From a virus (taxonomy: Duplodnaviria > Caudoviricetes): a stretch of DNA of 64,000 bases. A program made the position numbers and the translations under genes. The notes under the pieces were generated by a model that was not told the DNA's origin, ran no database searches, and saw only the letters and a program-made list of their open reading frames with translations. Of this stretch, positions 37,440 through 47,565 are shown piece by piece. Location of the stretch: IMG/VR virus record IMGVR_UViG_3300014208_000024, positions 128,001 to 192,000 of that record. One strand, given 5' to 3'. How positions within the stretch are numbered: position 1 is the stretch's first letter; every line of letters begins with the position of its first letter.

Positions 37440-38804
37440 TTAGATATAGTCTTCATTTTTTTCGATTCCTGCTAAAACTTTTCTGCGTTTCATTTCAGCG
37501 CTTTCATATACTACTTCTTTTGCTTTCACTGTATTAGTGATAGTAGCTTTGATTTTTGAAGAATTGTCTTTAACAACAACTATTTTGTTTTCTTCCAAAA
37601 TTTTATTGTAAAGTTTTTTTTCTTCTTCTACAGTTTGAGTTTTATCAAACTCTTCTGCAATTCTAGCTTTGTCTGTTGTAGATAATCCACCGCTTGCAAA
37701 AATTTTATTAGCATAAGCTAATTTTGCATTGAAAGTTTGCATTTCGTCGAATTGTTTTCTTAAATCTTTAAAAGATTCCTGATAGTTTTTTATAACTTCA
37801 CTGAATTCTTTATTAGATTCGTTTAAACGTTTGTTTTCCTTTAATAGCTCGTCTATTTTAGACTCATTTTGAGCTTTTTTATTTTCATTAACAGGCATCG
37901 AAGATGTCTGTCTACTTCTATTTTTTACTGCGATTTCAGGACCAACACTTGTTCCTGTTGTTTTTTGTACTGAATTAGATTGTCCCATCATTTTAACTTC
38001 ATCTAATTCTTCTTCAGCTGTAGGTAAATCTATTTTTGGAAGTGATTTTTTCCAATCTGGTTTTTCACTTGTTATATCTGATAAAGCTAATTCTTTTGCT
38101 TCAGGATCATCATCTATTGTGAAATATTCTTCATCTTCTGGAATATCAAATTCCATCATATTTTCACCCATATTATTAATTTCTTCTAAAGAAAATTCTA
38201 ACAATTCATCCTCTTGAACTGGAGCTGGAGCAGGAGCAGGAGCTGGTGCTGGAACTTCTGTTGGAACTTCACTCGCTGGATTTGCTGCTGTTTCATCATC
38301 TATATAATCTACATCTACTCCTTGTTCACTTCCAGATTCTCCACCACTTACTTTTTTATCAATAATTTTATCAATAAGTTGTGCAAGTTCTAAAACATCA
38401 TTATCAACAGGATTAGTTTCTTCTGGAGCTGGAGCTGTTGAGTCACCCATTGGAGTTGCTTCTGGTGATTGTGGTTGGTCTTGTTCGATTGTTATCATTT
38501 CATCTATGTTTTTTTCAATTTCAATTTCTTCATCATCATCAAAATGACTTTCATCATTTTCTTCATTATCGTGTGTTGTCATATCTTCAACTTCTACTTC
38601 ACCATCATTTGTTAATTCAACAACTTTTTCATCTTTAGCTACAGTTATATTATTTTCATCATCAATTTCAATAGATAAAGATTCTTTTAAAATTTTTTCA
38701 ATCTTATCATTAATTTCGTTTTCAAATTCTTTTTTTGCAGCTTCAGTCGCAAATTTTTTAATTTCTTGATAATTAACTTTTGCTTCTTCTAATGATGTTT
38801 TCAT
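37440..38804 (-). CDS. Prohead scaffold/core protein (T4 gp22-like)
   Basis: Acidic, P/A-rich middle, C-terminal coiled coil (FNAKLAYANKIF); sits between protease and MCP. Confidence 0.75.
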   Translation of the reverse strand: MKTSLEEAKVNYQEIKKFATEAAKKEFENEINDKIEKILKESLSIEIDDENNITVAKDEKVVELTNDGEVEVEDMTTHDNEENDESHFDDDEEIEIEKNIDEMITIEQDQPQSPEATPMGDSTAPAPEETNPVDNDVLELAQLIDKIIDKKVSGGESGSEQGVDVDYIDDETAANPASEVPTEVPAPAPAPAPAPVQEDELLEFSLEEINNMGENMMEFDIPEDEEYFTIDDDPEAKELALSDITSEKPDWKKSLPKIDLPTAEEELDEVKMMGQSNSVQKTTGTSVGPEIAVKNRSRQTSSMPVNENKKAQNESKIDELLKENKRLNESNKEFSEVIKNYQESFKDLRKQFDEMQTFNAKLAYANKIFASGGLSTTDKARIAEEFDKTQTVEEEKKLYNKILEENKIVVVKDNSSKIKATITNTVKAKEVVYESAEMKRRKVLAGIEKNEDYI

Positions 38805-38864
38805 AGTTTTATTCTTTATGACTTTTTAATAAATATGAAAAAAAATATAAAAATTAATTTTTAT

Positions 38865-39605
38865 CTATATTTTTTTCCAAAATTCGTTATTAGATAATTT
38901 ATAAAGTTTTTCATATCCCTCACACATGCAATTTTCAGGTGTAATTATTTTTGGTGTTTCAGGAACAATTATTTTTGATTCATCAATCATATCTGTCATT
39001 CTACAAACACCATTTTGACATATCCATTTAATTTTTTTATACTGTTGTTCAGTAATTGGAGTCATCCCCCAATTTCTTCCTTCTTTAAATAAATATGCAC
39101 CAGGAGTTGATGGAGATGAAACAAAATCAAATGCAATTAATTCAAAATCATTTTGTACTATATCTTCGCCTTTTACAGTTTTTACAGAACCAACTCCTCT
39201 AGAAGAAATTCCAAGCATTACATTACTTTTCATTAATCCTCTTAATCTTCTTGCATCATCGCAATCTGGATCTAAAATTTCAACTTTACCATATAGTTCT
39301 TCACCTTGCCACCACATATCAATTACTTTGTGAGAAGATTGTCTTAAACTTACAACAGCACTATCGGGATGATCTAATTCTCCTAATGCTCTACCTTCTT
39401 CAACTGCTTCCATATATTTTGTTGCTTCTCTTCTAAGAATATCATATGGATAAACTCTACCATTTCTATTAAGCGTATTAGCTTTTTGTAAAATTCCACT
39501 TAATACTATTGGTTCATCTTTTTGTATTGCTTCTTTTATGAGTTTAACATTTGGTTTAAACTTATAAAATTCTCTAATAATATAATATTTACTATCTTGT
39601 TCCAT
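38865..39605 (-). CDS. gp21: Prohead maturation protease (T4 gp21-like)
   Basis: NRNGRVYP; ALGELDHPD; SHKV; GISSRGVGS; FDFVSSPSTPGAY. Confidence 0.92.
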   Translation of the reverse strand: MEQDSKYYIIREFYKFKPNVKLIKEAIQKDEPIVLSGILQKANTLNRNGRVYPYDILRREATKYMEAVEEGRALGELDHPDSAVVSLRQSSHKVIDMWWQGEELYGKVEILDPDCDDARRLRGLMKSNVMLGISSRGVGSVKTVKGEDIVQNDFELIAFDFVSSPSTPGAYLFKEGRNWGMTPITEQQYKKIKWICQNGVCRMTDMIDESKIIVPETPKIITPENCMCEGYEKLYKLSNNEFWKKI

Positions 39606-39640
39606 TATGTGTAATGTATTTTCATATAAATATTATAAAA

Positions 39641-39672
39641 TTTGATAATTGCGATTTTTTTTATTATATTTT
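39641..39672 (+). promoter_or_regulatory. Bacteroidota-type promoter (variant)
   Basis: TTTG(39641)-N20-TATATTTT(39665). Confidence 0.45.
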
Positions 39673-39688
39673 TAAAAAACAGAAATAA

Positions 39689-40180
39689 ATGAACAAAAGA
39701 ACTGCAAGAGAAATAATTGTAAAAGATGAATTTTTAAATAATAATCAAATTAATGTAAAAATAGGTACCGTCGAAAACAGGGATTATCCTCAAACTATTT
39801 ACATTAATATAAGTTTCTGGATTAAGCCGAAAAAAGAAAATGTGGAAAGAAATTTTCTTGAGGGAAAATTAAAAAATATTTTAAATAACAAACTTGTAAA
39901 TTTTTTAAATAAAAATTATTTTTTTCCATATGAAAAAGAAAATATATACATTTATAATATTCCAGAAAATTTTAATTATAACAATAAATTTAATTTCATC
40001 TCATTGGAAATTTATCTTCACACATTAAATATAAAATCAGAAAAAAAATTTCCATTGAACATTAAAAAAAACACTGAATTATTTGAAGAATGTAAAAAAT
40101 TATCAAATTTTTTAGGGAATGAATTAAAAAAAATAGACAATATTTTTTATGTAAGAAAAAATTCAAAATCAAAAGAATAA
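39689..40180 (+). CDS. Hypothetical protein
   Basis: 163-aa ORF (KIGTVENRDYPQTIYINISFW) between promoter and terminator. Confidence 0.7.
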   Translation: MNKRTAREIIVKDEFLNNNQINVKIGTVENRDYPQTIYINISFWIKPKKENVERNFLEGKLKNILNNKLVNFLNKNYFFPYEKENIYIYNIPENFNYNNKFNFISLEIYLHTLNIKSEKKFPLNIKKNTELFEECKKLSNFLGNELKKIDNIFYVRKNSKSKE

Positions 40181-40205
40181 AAAAGCCCCAGTTTTTTGGG
40201 CTTTT
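40181..40205. terminator. Bidirectional terminator
   Basis: AAAAGCCC-N9-GGGCTTTT between convergent genes. Confidence 0.7.
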
Positions 40206-40208
40206 TAT

Positions 40209-41021
40209 TTACATGTTTTTTAAATTATTTTTTAGTTCAGAATAAGATAAAATAAAATCATCTGCACTATATGTATCATAAGATCGAGAAATTTTTAATT
40301 TTTCTTTAAATCCTTCTAAAATTTTAATTCTTTCAAAATCTTTAGATTCTTTTAACATTCCATCAATAAGTTCAATATTTTCTTTTCTTAAATCTTCAAT
40401 ATGATTTATTTTTTTATTATCATCAGCCAGTAACATTGATAAAACTCTTTTCTCATCTTCATTTAAATGTTCATATCTTTCATTAAAATTATTTATAGCT
40501 AATTTTGTAATGAATTTCCAATTTTTTAAATCAGGGTTATCAATTTTTTCTTTAGAAGATTCTTTTATATCTGTTTTTCTTGTTAAATATTCTAAAACAC
40601 ATTCATAAGCTTGTTGTTCAGATTCCATGTTTGAAAAGTTTGGTTTTGTAATTGATTCAATTAATGAATGAATACTATTAAATAAATTATCTTTTTTTCC
40701 ACCAGTTGATTCAACATGACTATTTTCAAGTAAAGAAATTCTTATTTTTTTATTTTCATTAATAACATCTTGCCATTTTATTCCCTTCAATAAACTTAAA
40801 TTCTGACTTATAAATCTTTCTGCTAATCTTTCTTTTTCGAAAGGTTTACTGTCTTCTAAATTTTTAAATACATAATGTTGTTTTAATAAAACTGGACTTT
40901 TTTTCACTATTTCGGTAAATTTTTTAAGAGTATTACTTGTACTTTCTTTTAATATTTCTTGTGACGAAAGTCTTGTAATAGAATCTCTTATGGCTCCAAA
41001 GTTTAAAGTAACATCTTTCAT
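40209..41021 (-). CDS. Helical head-region hypothetical protein
   Basis: 270 aa, starts xNFGAI, LKES/LLENS sites, CTATTTATA 16 nt upstream. Confidence 0.65.
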   Translation of the reverse strand: MKDVTLNFGAIRDSITRLSSQEILKESTSNTLKKFTEIVKKSPVLLKQHYVFKNLEDSKPFEKERLAERFISQNLSLLKGIKWQDVINENKKIRISLLENSHVESTGGKKDNLFNSIHSLIESITKPNFSNMESEQQAYECVLEYLTRKTDIKESSKEKIDNPDLKNWKFITKLAINNFNERYEHLNEDEKRVLSMLLADDNKKINHIEDLRKENIELIDGMLKESKDFERIKILEGFKEKLKISRSYDTYSADDFILSYSELKNNLKNM

Positions 41022-41077
41022 TTTGTTAAAGTTTTAATATAAATAGATAAAAATTATGAGTTTTAAAAAAATATACT

Positions 41078-41085
41078 TATATTTG
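41078..41085 (+). promoter_or_regulatory. Bacteroidota -7 element upstream of vWA gene
   Basis: TATATTTG, 37 nt before ATG; TATG about 20 nt upstream. Confidence 0.5.
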
Positions 41086-41122
41086 CCTTTAAATATAATG
41101 TTTAATTAAAAATTATTATAAC

Positions 41123-43423
41123 ATGGTAAAATTTGTAAAAATTAAAGACGAACTTTTTTTGATTAATCAAAAAATTAAAAAAGAAAATGTTCAAGTAAAA
41201 ACAGTTGTGGTTAATACACACCACATTTTTATCGTTGACTGTTCGGGGTCAATGTATAGCGAACTTCCCCAAATCAGAAAAGATTTGTACAATAAAATTT
41301 CTACTGATTTAAAACCCGAAGATTCTTTAACAATTATATGGTTTTCAGGTAGAAATCAGTGTGGAATTATTCTTGAAGATTACCATATTAAAAGCAACCT
41401 TGGTTTAAACAAAGTAAAAGAATTAATTGACAGGTATTTAGTTACTGTTGGATTAACAGCTTTTAAAGATCCATTTGATAAATCTAAAGAGGTTATCAAT
41501 AAAATTATGACAAGTAAACCAAACGTTATTCACTCTTTATTTTTTATAACTGATGGATATGATAATCAATATTCAACAAAAGAAATTTTGTCAGCTGTAA
41601 GTGCAGTAAAAGAACAATTGTCAAGTTCAATAGTTGTTGAATACGGTTGGTATTGTAATAAAGAGCTTTTAGCTAAAATGGCCTGTGAGCTTGGTGGTGT
41701 TCATATTTTTAGTGAACATTTTCAAGATTATGAACCATACATCCAGAAAGAATTTAACAGTCAAAAAATTTCAAAAAGAAAATATGTTAAACTTGAAGGT
41801 GAGTTAAGTTTTGGAAGTCCATTTAATATTACACAAGATGGAGAAGTTATTAATTATGCTACAAATGATAAAAATGAAGTTTTTGTAAATGAAGATGATG
41901 ATGGATTTTATTATTTTTCGAAGTATTCAGTTGGTTCAGAAATTAAAATGAATATGCTTTCAGAATCATCTAGAAAAAAATCAGATGAAGAAAAAGATCA
42001 ATTCATGGATGCACTTTACGCTTCTTTATTTAGTTTTAGCAGAATTAGTGATTTTAACAAAGTTTCTGAAGTTCTTAAATTTATTGGTGATGCAAAATTT
42101 ATTGTAAAAAAAGCAAACACATTTGGTACACAAAAAATTAATGAACTTGAATCTGAATTTTTACAAGCTGTAAAAGATAAAAAATCAAGATTTGTTGAAG
42201 GATATAATCCAGATTTAGAACCAGCTGAAGATGCTTATTGTGTACTTAACATGATCGAAGATCTTATGGAAGAAGATGAAAACTTATGGTATCCCAATCA
42301 TGAAGCATTTAATTATAAAAGAATTGGTGCAAAAGCTGTAGCAAAAACAGGAATAACAGAAAAAGATAAAAAGGATTTGGAAAAATTGTTAAAAGAAGGA
42401 AAAGTTGATGAATTAAAAGATAAAGTTGATGAGGTTTCTAAAAAAGAAGACGGACTAGTATTTGAATACGAAGATGAAAATGGAGGTTATCCTATTACAG
42501 ACCTTGTTTGGAATGAAAAAAGAGCTAACCTTTCAGTTCAGGTAAGATATCCAGGACAAGTGGAACTTCCTGAAAACAATTTTAACTTACCTAAATTTTT
42601 TAAAACAAATAAATTTAGAAATTATACATTGATTAAAGACGGTATAATTCACACTTATACTCTTCCAATAAGTTTAACAAAAAACACTTTTAAACAGCTT
42701 CAAAATAATGGTCTTTTAAAAGGAGAAAAATATGAAGAAAATAAAATTTACATTTTAGATTTTTCTAATATTCCAGTTATTAATCGTTTAATGGTTAAAA
42801 CAATGTCGGCTGAACAGTTGTTTAAAAATGAATATGAACTTATAAAACTTAAAGCAAACAACACAGTTTTTAATCATTACAGAAAAGATAAAATTGGAAA
42901 AGTAAGTTTTGACTTCATTAAACAATATGGAGAAGCTGCAACTGAATGGTTAAAAGGTTTTGGAATTACTGCTTCTGGCTTTAATCCTCCAAGTACTTTA
43001 GAAAAAACTGGAGAAGAAATTTTTGTAAATTCTCTTAAAGTTAAAATCGATAAATTAACTTTAATGACTTCAAAAGATGATTTTCAAAAAGTTTTAGAAA
43101 AATATAAAAACGGAAAGCCTTTAACTCCAAGAGAATCTTTGTTAAAACCAGCAATTGAAGAATTTGAAAATTTTATGAAATCTGTAAAAGATGTACAAGA
43201 TGAAAGTCTTATTGAATCTTGGATTGATAAAAAATCAAAACTTTTCAAAAAAAGAAAGAATGAACTTATGAATGAAATTTCTAAAAGTAAATTTTTGTGT
43301 GTAGTTGGAAAATCTTGGTTCAAAGAATTTAAGAGCAGAGATGAAAAAGAAATGATTCTTAATTTAGATGGAATGGATATAAAATTTGAACTTGATGAAA
43401 AAATGGAAAAAGTAACTCTGTAA
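41123..43423 (+). CDS. von Willebrand factor A domain protein
   Basis: MIDAS IFIVDCSGSM, T in GLTAF, FITDGY; long unrecognised C-terminal region. Confidence 0.8.
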   Translation: MVKFVKIKDELFLINQKIKKENVQVKTVVVNTHHIFIVDCSGSMYSELPQIRKDLYNKISTDLKPEDSLTIIWFSGRNQCGIILEDYHIKSNLGLNKVKELIDRYLVTVGLTAFKDPFDKSKEVINKIMTSKPNVIHSLFFITDGYDNQYSTKEILSAVSAVKEQLSSSIVVEYGWYCNKELLAKMACELGGVHIFSEHFQDYEPYIQKEFNSQKISKRKYVKLEGELSFGSPFNITQDGEVINYATNDKNEVFVNEDDDGFYYFSKYSVGSEIKMNMLSESSRKKSDEEKDQFMDALYASLFSFSRISDFNKVSEVLKFIGDAKFIVKKANTFGTQKINELESEFLQAVKDKKSRFVEGYNPDLEPAEDAYCVLNMIEDLMEEDENLWYPNHEAFNYKRIGAKAVAKTGITEKDKKDLEKLLKEGKVDELKDKVDEVSKKEDGLVFEYEDENGGYPITDLVWNEKRANLSVQVRYPGQVELPENNFNLPKFFKTNKFRNYTLIKDGIIHTYTLPISLTKNTFKQLQNNGLLKGEKYEENKIYILDFSNIPVINRLMVKTMSAEQLFKNEYELIKLKANNTVFNHYRKDKIGKVSFDFIKQYGEAATEWLKGFGITASGFNPPSTLEKTGEEIFVNSLKVKIDKLTLMTSKDDFQKVLEKYKNGKPLTPRESLLKPAIEEFENFMKSVKDVQDESLIESWIDKKSKLFKKRKNELMNEISKSKFLCVVGKSWFKEFKSRDEKEMILNLDGMDIKFELDEKMEKVTL

Positions 43424-43431
43424 ATAAAAAG

Positions 43432-43456
43432 AAAAGCCCCAAAAACTGGGGCTTTT
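43432..43456. terminator. Bidirectional terminator
   Basis: AAAAGCCCCA-N5-TGGGGCTTTT between convergent vWA and ARH genes. Confidence 0.75.
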
Positions 43457-44235
43457 TATTTTTCTATAATGATTTTATTAAATTGTTTAATTATAGATAA
43501 AAAATTAACATCTTTAGATATTATTTCCATAACTTTATCACAAATTTCTTTAGGAATATTTTTATAGTATGCTTCTGCAATTCCACCAGCCATAGCAGCA
43601 ATTGTATCGCTATCTCCACCAATAGATATTGCTTTTCTTATACAATCTTCAAAATTTTCTGATTCTAAAAAAGCAATTATAGCTTCTGGTACTGAACCTT
43701 GACAGGAAACATCAAAATGATAGTTTGGTCTAATTTCATTTAATGTTCTATTAAGATTATATCCAAATTTTTTTGTAATAAAATCTTTAATTTGTTCTTT
43801 TGTTCCCTCTTTTCTAGCTATAAAAATAGCACTTGCGATTGCCTGGGCCCCTTTTATTCCTTCAGAGTGGTTGTGGGTTACTGAAGCTGTTTTTTCAGAC
43901 TCACATAATACTTCTTCTAAAGTATCACACAACCAAGCTATCGAACTTACACGCATTGCAGATCCGTTTCCCCAGCTGTTATATGGCAACATACTATCTC
44001 CATCAACCCATTGAACAAAACTTCCTCCAAACCCAACTAAAGGGTGTTTTCTTGCATATTCTTTAAGCGTAATTGCATAATCTTTTTTATTCATAAAAGC
44101 ATCTGCAACCGCTATTGTTAAAACTGTATCATCTGTAAATCTTGTTTTTTCACAAAACAAAGGAAAGTTTGTACTTTTACAATTATAAAATTCGTAATAC
44201 GAACCAATTACATCACCAATTATAGCTCCAAACAT
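43456..44235 (-). CDS. ADP-ribosylglycohydrolase (DraG/ARH family)
   Basis: GAIIGDVIG, FTDDT, GNGSAMR, THNH, GGDSDTIAAMAG. Confidence 0.9.
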   Translation of the reverse strand: MFGAIIGDVIGSYYEFYNCKSTNFPLFCEKTRFTDDTVLTIAVADAFMNKKDYAITLKEYARKHPLVGFGGSFVQWVDGDSMLPYNSWGNGSAMRVSSIAWLCDTLEEVLCESEKTASVTHNHSEGIKGAQAIASAIFIARKEGTKEQIKDFITKKFGYNLNRTLNEIRPNYHFDVSCQGSVPEAIIAFLESENFEDCIRKAISIGGDSDTIAAMAGGIAEAYYKNIPKEICDKVMEIISKDVNFLSIIKQFNKIIIEK

Positions 44236-44241
44236 ATGTTA

Positions 44242-45594
44242 TTACAATAAATGTTTTTGAGATACATCAAAAGGGTTTATTTTAAATTGTGGATTACTCA
44301 TTATAAATCTTTTTTTTGCATATTCATCCAACGTTCCATTTTCTTTTTCGAAAATTATTTTTTTATAGAAACTAACACGATCTTTAGTTACATTTTCAAG
44401 TTTATATCTGTCTTTTACAAATTCATTAAGATTATTTGCCAATTCTTCTCTCATTTGTGGATTTAAAATTAATTCCCTCATTGCCTTATACCAATCTTTT
44501 TTATTATCAGAAATCAAAATTCCAGTTTTTCTATCTTTTAATAACTGTTTATAAATTCCAAAATTTTGAGCAATTAAAACCTTCTTTTTCATTCCTGCTT
44601 CTATAATTTTTAATTCAGATTTAACTTCATTAAACATATGAACTCTTCTGGTAATTGTACCCTTTTCATCTTTAAACATTTCGGTTTCGTCTAATGGAGC
44701 CAAACAAACATCGCAATAATCATAATGTTTTCCATATTGAGTTAATGGCAAAGTCCACCTTCTTATATAATTTTCCAATTCAAAACCTGGATAATTTTCT
44801 TTGTTAATTTTTTTAAGATATTCAACATATTCTTTGTTTTTAATTAAAGAATAATCACTGGTAAAAATTTGTTCAAATTTATTCCAAACACTTTCATGTG
44901 GTTGAATGTTTCTCACATTTGTTGATCCATCTGGTCTAATTTCCGTTATTGTACCTCTAATGTCAAATCCACACATTACTATTTGATATTTATCTTGAAG
45001 TTCTTGTGAAGAATTTAATTTTAACATAGATTCTTTTAATAAAAGTAAATCATGAAAATGAGAAGATCCACCAATCCAAGAAATTCTACATTTCCCAGAT
45101 TTATTTTCTTGCACTTCCGATTTCCACATTTTATGATTCATGTCTAATGCATTTGGAATAACATGAACATACGGATTATGTTTTAAAATATATTTTTTAA
45201 AAATATCTGTTGTTGTTGTAACACAATCAACATATTTAAAGTTATTTAATATTTTTTCAGAAAGTTTTTCATTTTTTACAACTTCATATAGAGGATGTGT
45301 GTTTGCTGGATCCCAATAATCATCAATATCCATTATTAAAATTACTCCGTTATTTCTAAGTCTTTCTGATAATTCTGAAATTTTTGAATAATCACCAAAT
45401 TGTCTATGAAAGTGTATTATATCAAATTGTGATAAATAATTTATATTATTAAAATCGGTATCAATACCTATTTCTATTTCAAATTCTTGCCCAAAGTTTT
45501 TTTGTAATGATTGAGCTGGCCAAATAGTTCTAAAATGTCCAACACCTTGATTATCACTTGGTTGCATTAAAATTTTAATTTTCCCATTTTTCAT
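44242..45594 (-). CDS. GT-B fold glycosyltransferase (GT4-like)
   Basis: GVGHFRTIWP, IMDIDDYW, VIPNALD, WIGGSSH, DVCLAPL..FNEVKSELKIIEAG. Confidence 0.8.
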   Translation of the reverse strand: MKNGKIKILMQPSDNQGVGHFRTIWPAQSLQKNFGQEFEIEIGIDTDFNNINYLSQFDIIHFHRQFGDYSKISELSERLRNNGVILIMDIDDYWDPANTHPLYEVVKNEKLSEKILNNFKYVDCVTTTTDIFKKYILKHNPYVHVIPNALDMNHKMWKSEVQENKSGKCRISWIGGSSHFHDLLLLKESMLKLNSSQELQDKYQIVMCGFDIRGTITEIRPDGSTNVRNIQPHESVWNKFEQIFTSDYSLIKNKEYVEYLKKINKENYPGFELENYIRRWTLPLTQYGKHYDYCDVCLAPLDETEMFKDEKGTITRRVHMFNEVKSELKIIEAGMKKKVLIAQNFGIYKQLLKDRKTGILISDNKKDWYKAMRELILNPQMREELANNLNEFVKDRYKLENVTKDRVSFYKKIIFEKENGTLDEYAKKRFIMSNPQFKINPFDVSQKHLL

Positions 45595-45620
45595 GTTTGT
45601 TGTTTTTAATTTATAAAAAA

Positions 45621-45644
45621 AATCCTATATCTAAATATAGGATT
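45621..45644 (-). terminator. Probable terminator hairpin
   Basis: AATCCTATAT-N4-ATATAGGATT with minus-strand T run. Confidence 0.55.
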
Positions 45645-45671
45645 CTTAAAATTTAAAATAAATAGTTTTTT

Positions 45672-46106
45672 CTAATTGTTTAAATATTTTATTTCTCCAG
45701 TGGAAATATTTAAAATAAAACGAAATGTTTTTAATGTATCATTTTCATTATAATAAACCCATCCAAACAAATTGTTACTTAAGACAGTTGGTAAATCGCT
45801 AATTGTATTATAGGCATTTAATTTTTCATTATCACGAAATTGTTCAACTCTTCCACTTTTTCCTGAAAATTCTAATTTAACTTTTATTAAATCAATAAAA
45901 TTTAAATTTTTTATTATTTGACATTTTAATTCTTCAATTGATACTATTTCCCATGCTTTTTTTAAAATTATTCTATGAATAGCATGAGCTATTTCTTTAC
46001 ATATACTATCTAAAGAAGGAATGTGAGTCCATTCTAATTCAGTTAATTTTTCTCCAGAAATTTCAAATTCTAAATCTACTGGACAATCAAGTAAATTATT
46101 TTGCAT
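45672..46106 (-). CDS. Hypothetical protein with gp23-like segment
   Basis: EKLTELEWT...ICKEIAHAIHRIIL resembles MCP RKLRAHWT...LSEHVAAEIDREII. Confidence 0.5.
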   Translation of the reverse strand: MQNNLLDCPVDLEFEISGEKLTELEWTHIPSLDSICKEIAHAIHRIILKKAWEIVSIEELKCQIIKNLNFIDLIKVKLEFSGKSGRVEQFRDNEKLNAYNTISDLPTVLSNNLFGWVYYNENDTLKTFRFILNISTGEIKYLNN

Positions 46107-46368
46107 AGCTATCGGCCTTTTGTTTTGCTTTATCTAAAAAAGACTCATCATAAGCTTTGGCTAATTCTAAAGAATAAATGTTTTCAAATTCTTCAATAGA
46201 AACTTTTTTTGTTTTTGACTGCTTATCCAGTGGTGCTGTCATTTGTTGTTTTCCTAAACAAAATTGATTTGGCTGTAGAATAATACCAGGAGCCACATTA
46301 GATTTAACGCAGACAGTAAGTTTTACTGGAGAAGCTGTAATGTTTTTTATTTTCCAAAATTTTTCCAT
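46096..46368 (-). CDS. Hypothetical protein
   Basis: 90-aa ORF overlapping next gene start; CTATTTAC variant upstream. Confidence 0.6.
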   Translation of the reverse strand: MEKFWKIKNITASPVKLTVCVKSNVAPGIILQPNQFCLGKQQMTAPLDKQSKTKKVSIEEFENIYSLELAKAYDESFLDKAKQKADSYAK

Positions 46369-46428
46369 AATGTTTTTTGTTATAAATTTATTAATTTGTA
46401 ATGTTAAAGTAAATAGATAACAAAAAAA

Positions 46429-47496
46429 TTATTCAACATAACATTTTCTTATGGACATTGGATTAGATGGGAAAAAATATTTTCTTTCATTTAGTTTATA
46501 TACTTTTATCCCTCTATTGTCGCTCAACAAAGTAGCTGACTTAGATTTTCCCTCTATAGTTTCTATAAGTTCTTTAGGCGTATCAATTTTTTTCAATTTA
46601 TCCACCATATCTTTTATTGTAACTATAAACCCCTCCGATACTGGATAAGCGATTCCTTGTGATGTCATAGCAGGAATTCCAGATCCTATTGGATTATGAT
46701 TTGTTGGAAAAGTTGTAAAATTTTGAGATTGATCAATTTGTGCTTTTTCTGAATTTGTTAGAAAATAATTTTTAACAATATTAGTTATAACATCATTTAT
46801 TTTTGATTCAATATCCACAGTGTTTCTAACATAATTTTCTATTTCTTTTTCTGGTTGACCAGCATATGGATTTTGTTTATATTGCTGTTGTATGTTTAAA
46901 TCTGGTTCAGCTGATTTTTCTATAAATTGAGACATTCCACTTTTATAATCAAACACAACTTCTCCAATTTTTTCAAATTTTGTTTGATAAACTTCAGCTT
47001 TAGTAATTCCATTTTCAGACCACATTTGTTGCATTGACTTTTGAACATCTGGATTATCCATTGTTTTAAAAGGTTTGCTCGAAAGATTTTCTCCACCAAC
47101 ACTTAATTCATTAAAATCATATACAAATATTTTTTCAGGTTTTACATCTTTTAAAAAATCTGGAATTTCTGGAATAATTGCCATTTTTGGTTCAACTGGA
47201 ACATTTAATGGTTGTGAACCAGCTTCCATTCCAATTTTTTCAGTTTGTTGATTTGTCTGTGGTTGAACTCCTGGTGCTACTTTAAATTGTTCTTCATCTT
47301 CAGGATTTGGAAAATCTGTTGGTCCCTGTGCAACTGCAGGATTTTCCATTTCAGTAATGCCTTGAGACATTTCTTGAATCTTTTTCATAACTTTTTCTCT
47401 TACAGTATTCAATTTAATAGCATCATTTAAACCTGCTTTTCTAATTTCAGCTGCAAGTAAAGCATTTACTTCATCTTGATTTATCATTTTTTCCAT
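46429..47496 (-). CDS. Hypothetical protein with capsid-type leader
   Basis: INQDEVNALLAAEIRK leader, ITE and VSEG sites; TATTTATA 13 nt upstream. Confidence 0.65.
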   Translation of the reverse strand: MEKMINQDEVNALLAAEIRKAGLNDAIKLNTVREKVMKKIQEMSQGITEMENPAVAQGPTDFPNPEDEEQFKVAPGVQPQTNQQTEKIGMEAGSQPLNVPVEPKMAIIPEIPDFLKDVKPEKIFVYDFNELSVGGENLSSKPFKTMDNPDVQKSMQQMWSENGITKAEVYQTKFEKIGEVVFDYKSGMSQFIEKSAEPDLNIQQQYKQNPYAGQPEKEIENYVRNTVDIESKINDVITNIVKNYFLTNSEKAQIDQSQNFTTFPTNHNPIGSGIPAMTSQGIAYPVSEGFIVTIKDMVDKLKKIDTPKELIETIEGKSKSATLLSDNRGIKVYKLNERKYFFPSNPMSIRKCYVE

Positions 47497-47533
47497 TGTT
47501 TTATTTACATATAAATATTTTAATTTTTCTTTT

Positions 47534-47565
47534 TTTGATTTTTATTGTTTTTATTATTATATTTG
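47534..47565 (+). promoter_or_regulatory. Consensus Bacteroidota promoter for phoH
   Basis: TTTG(47534-47537)-N20-TATATTTG(47558-47565). Confidence 0.7.
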
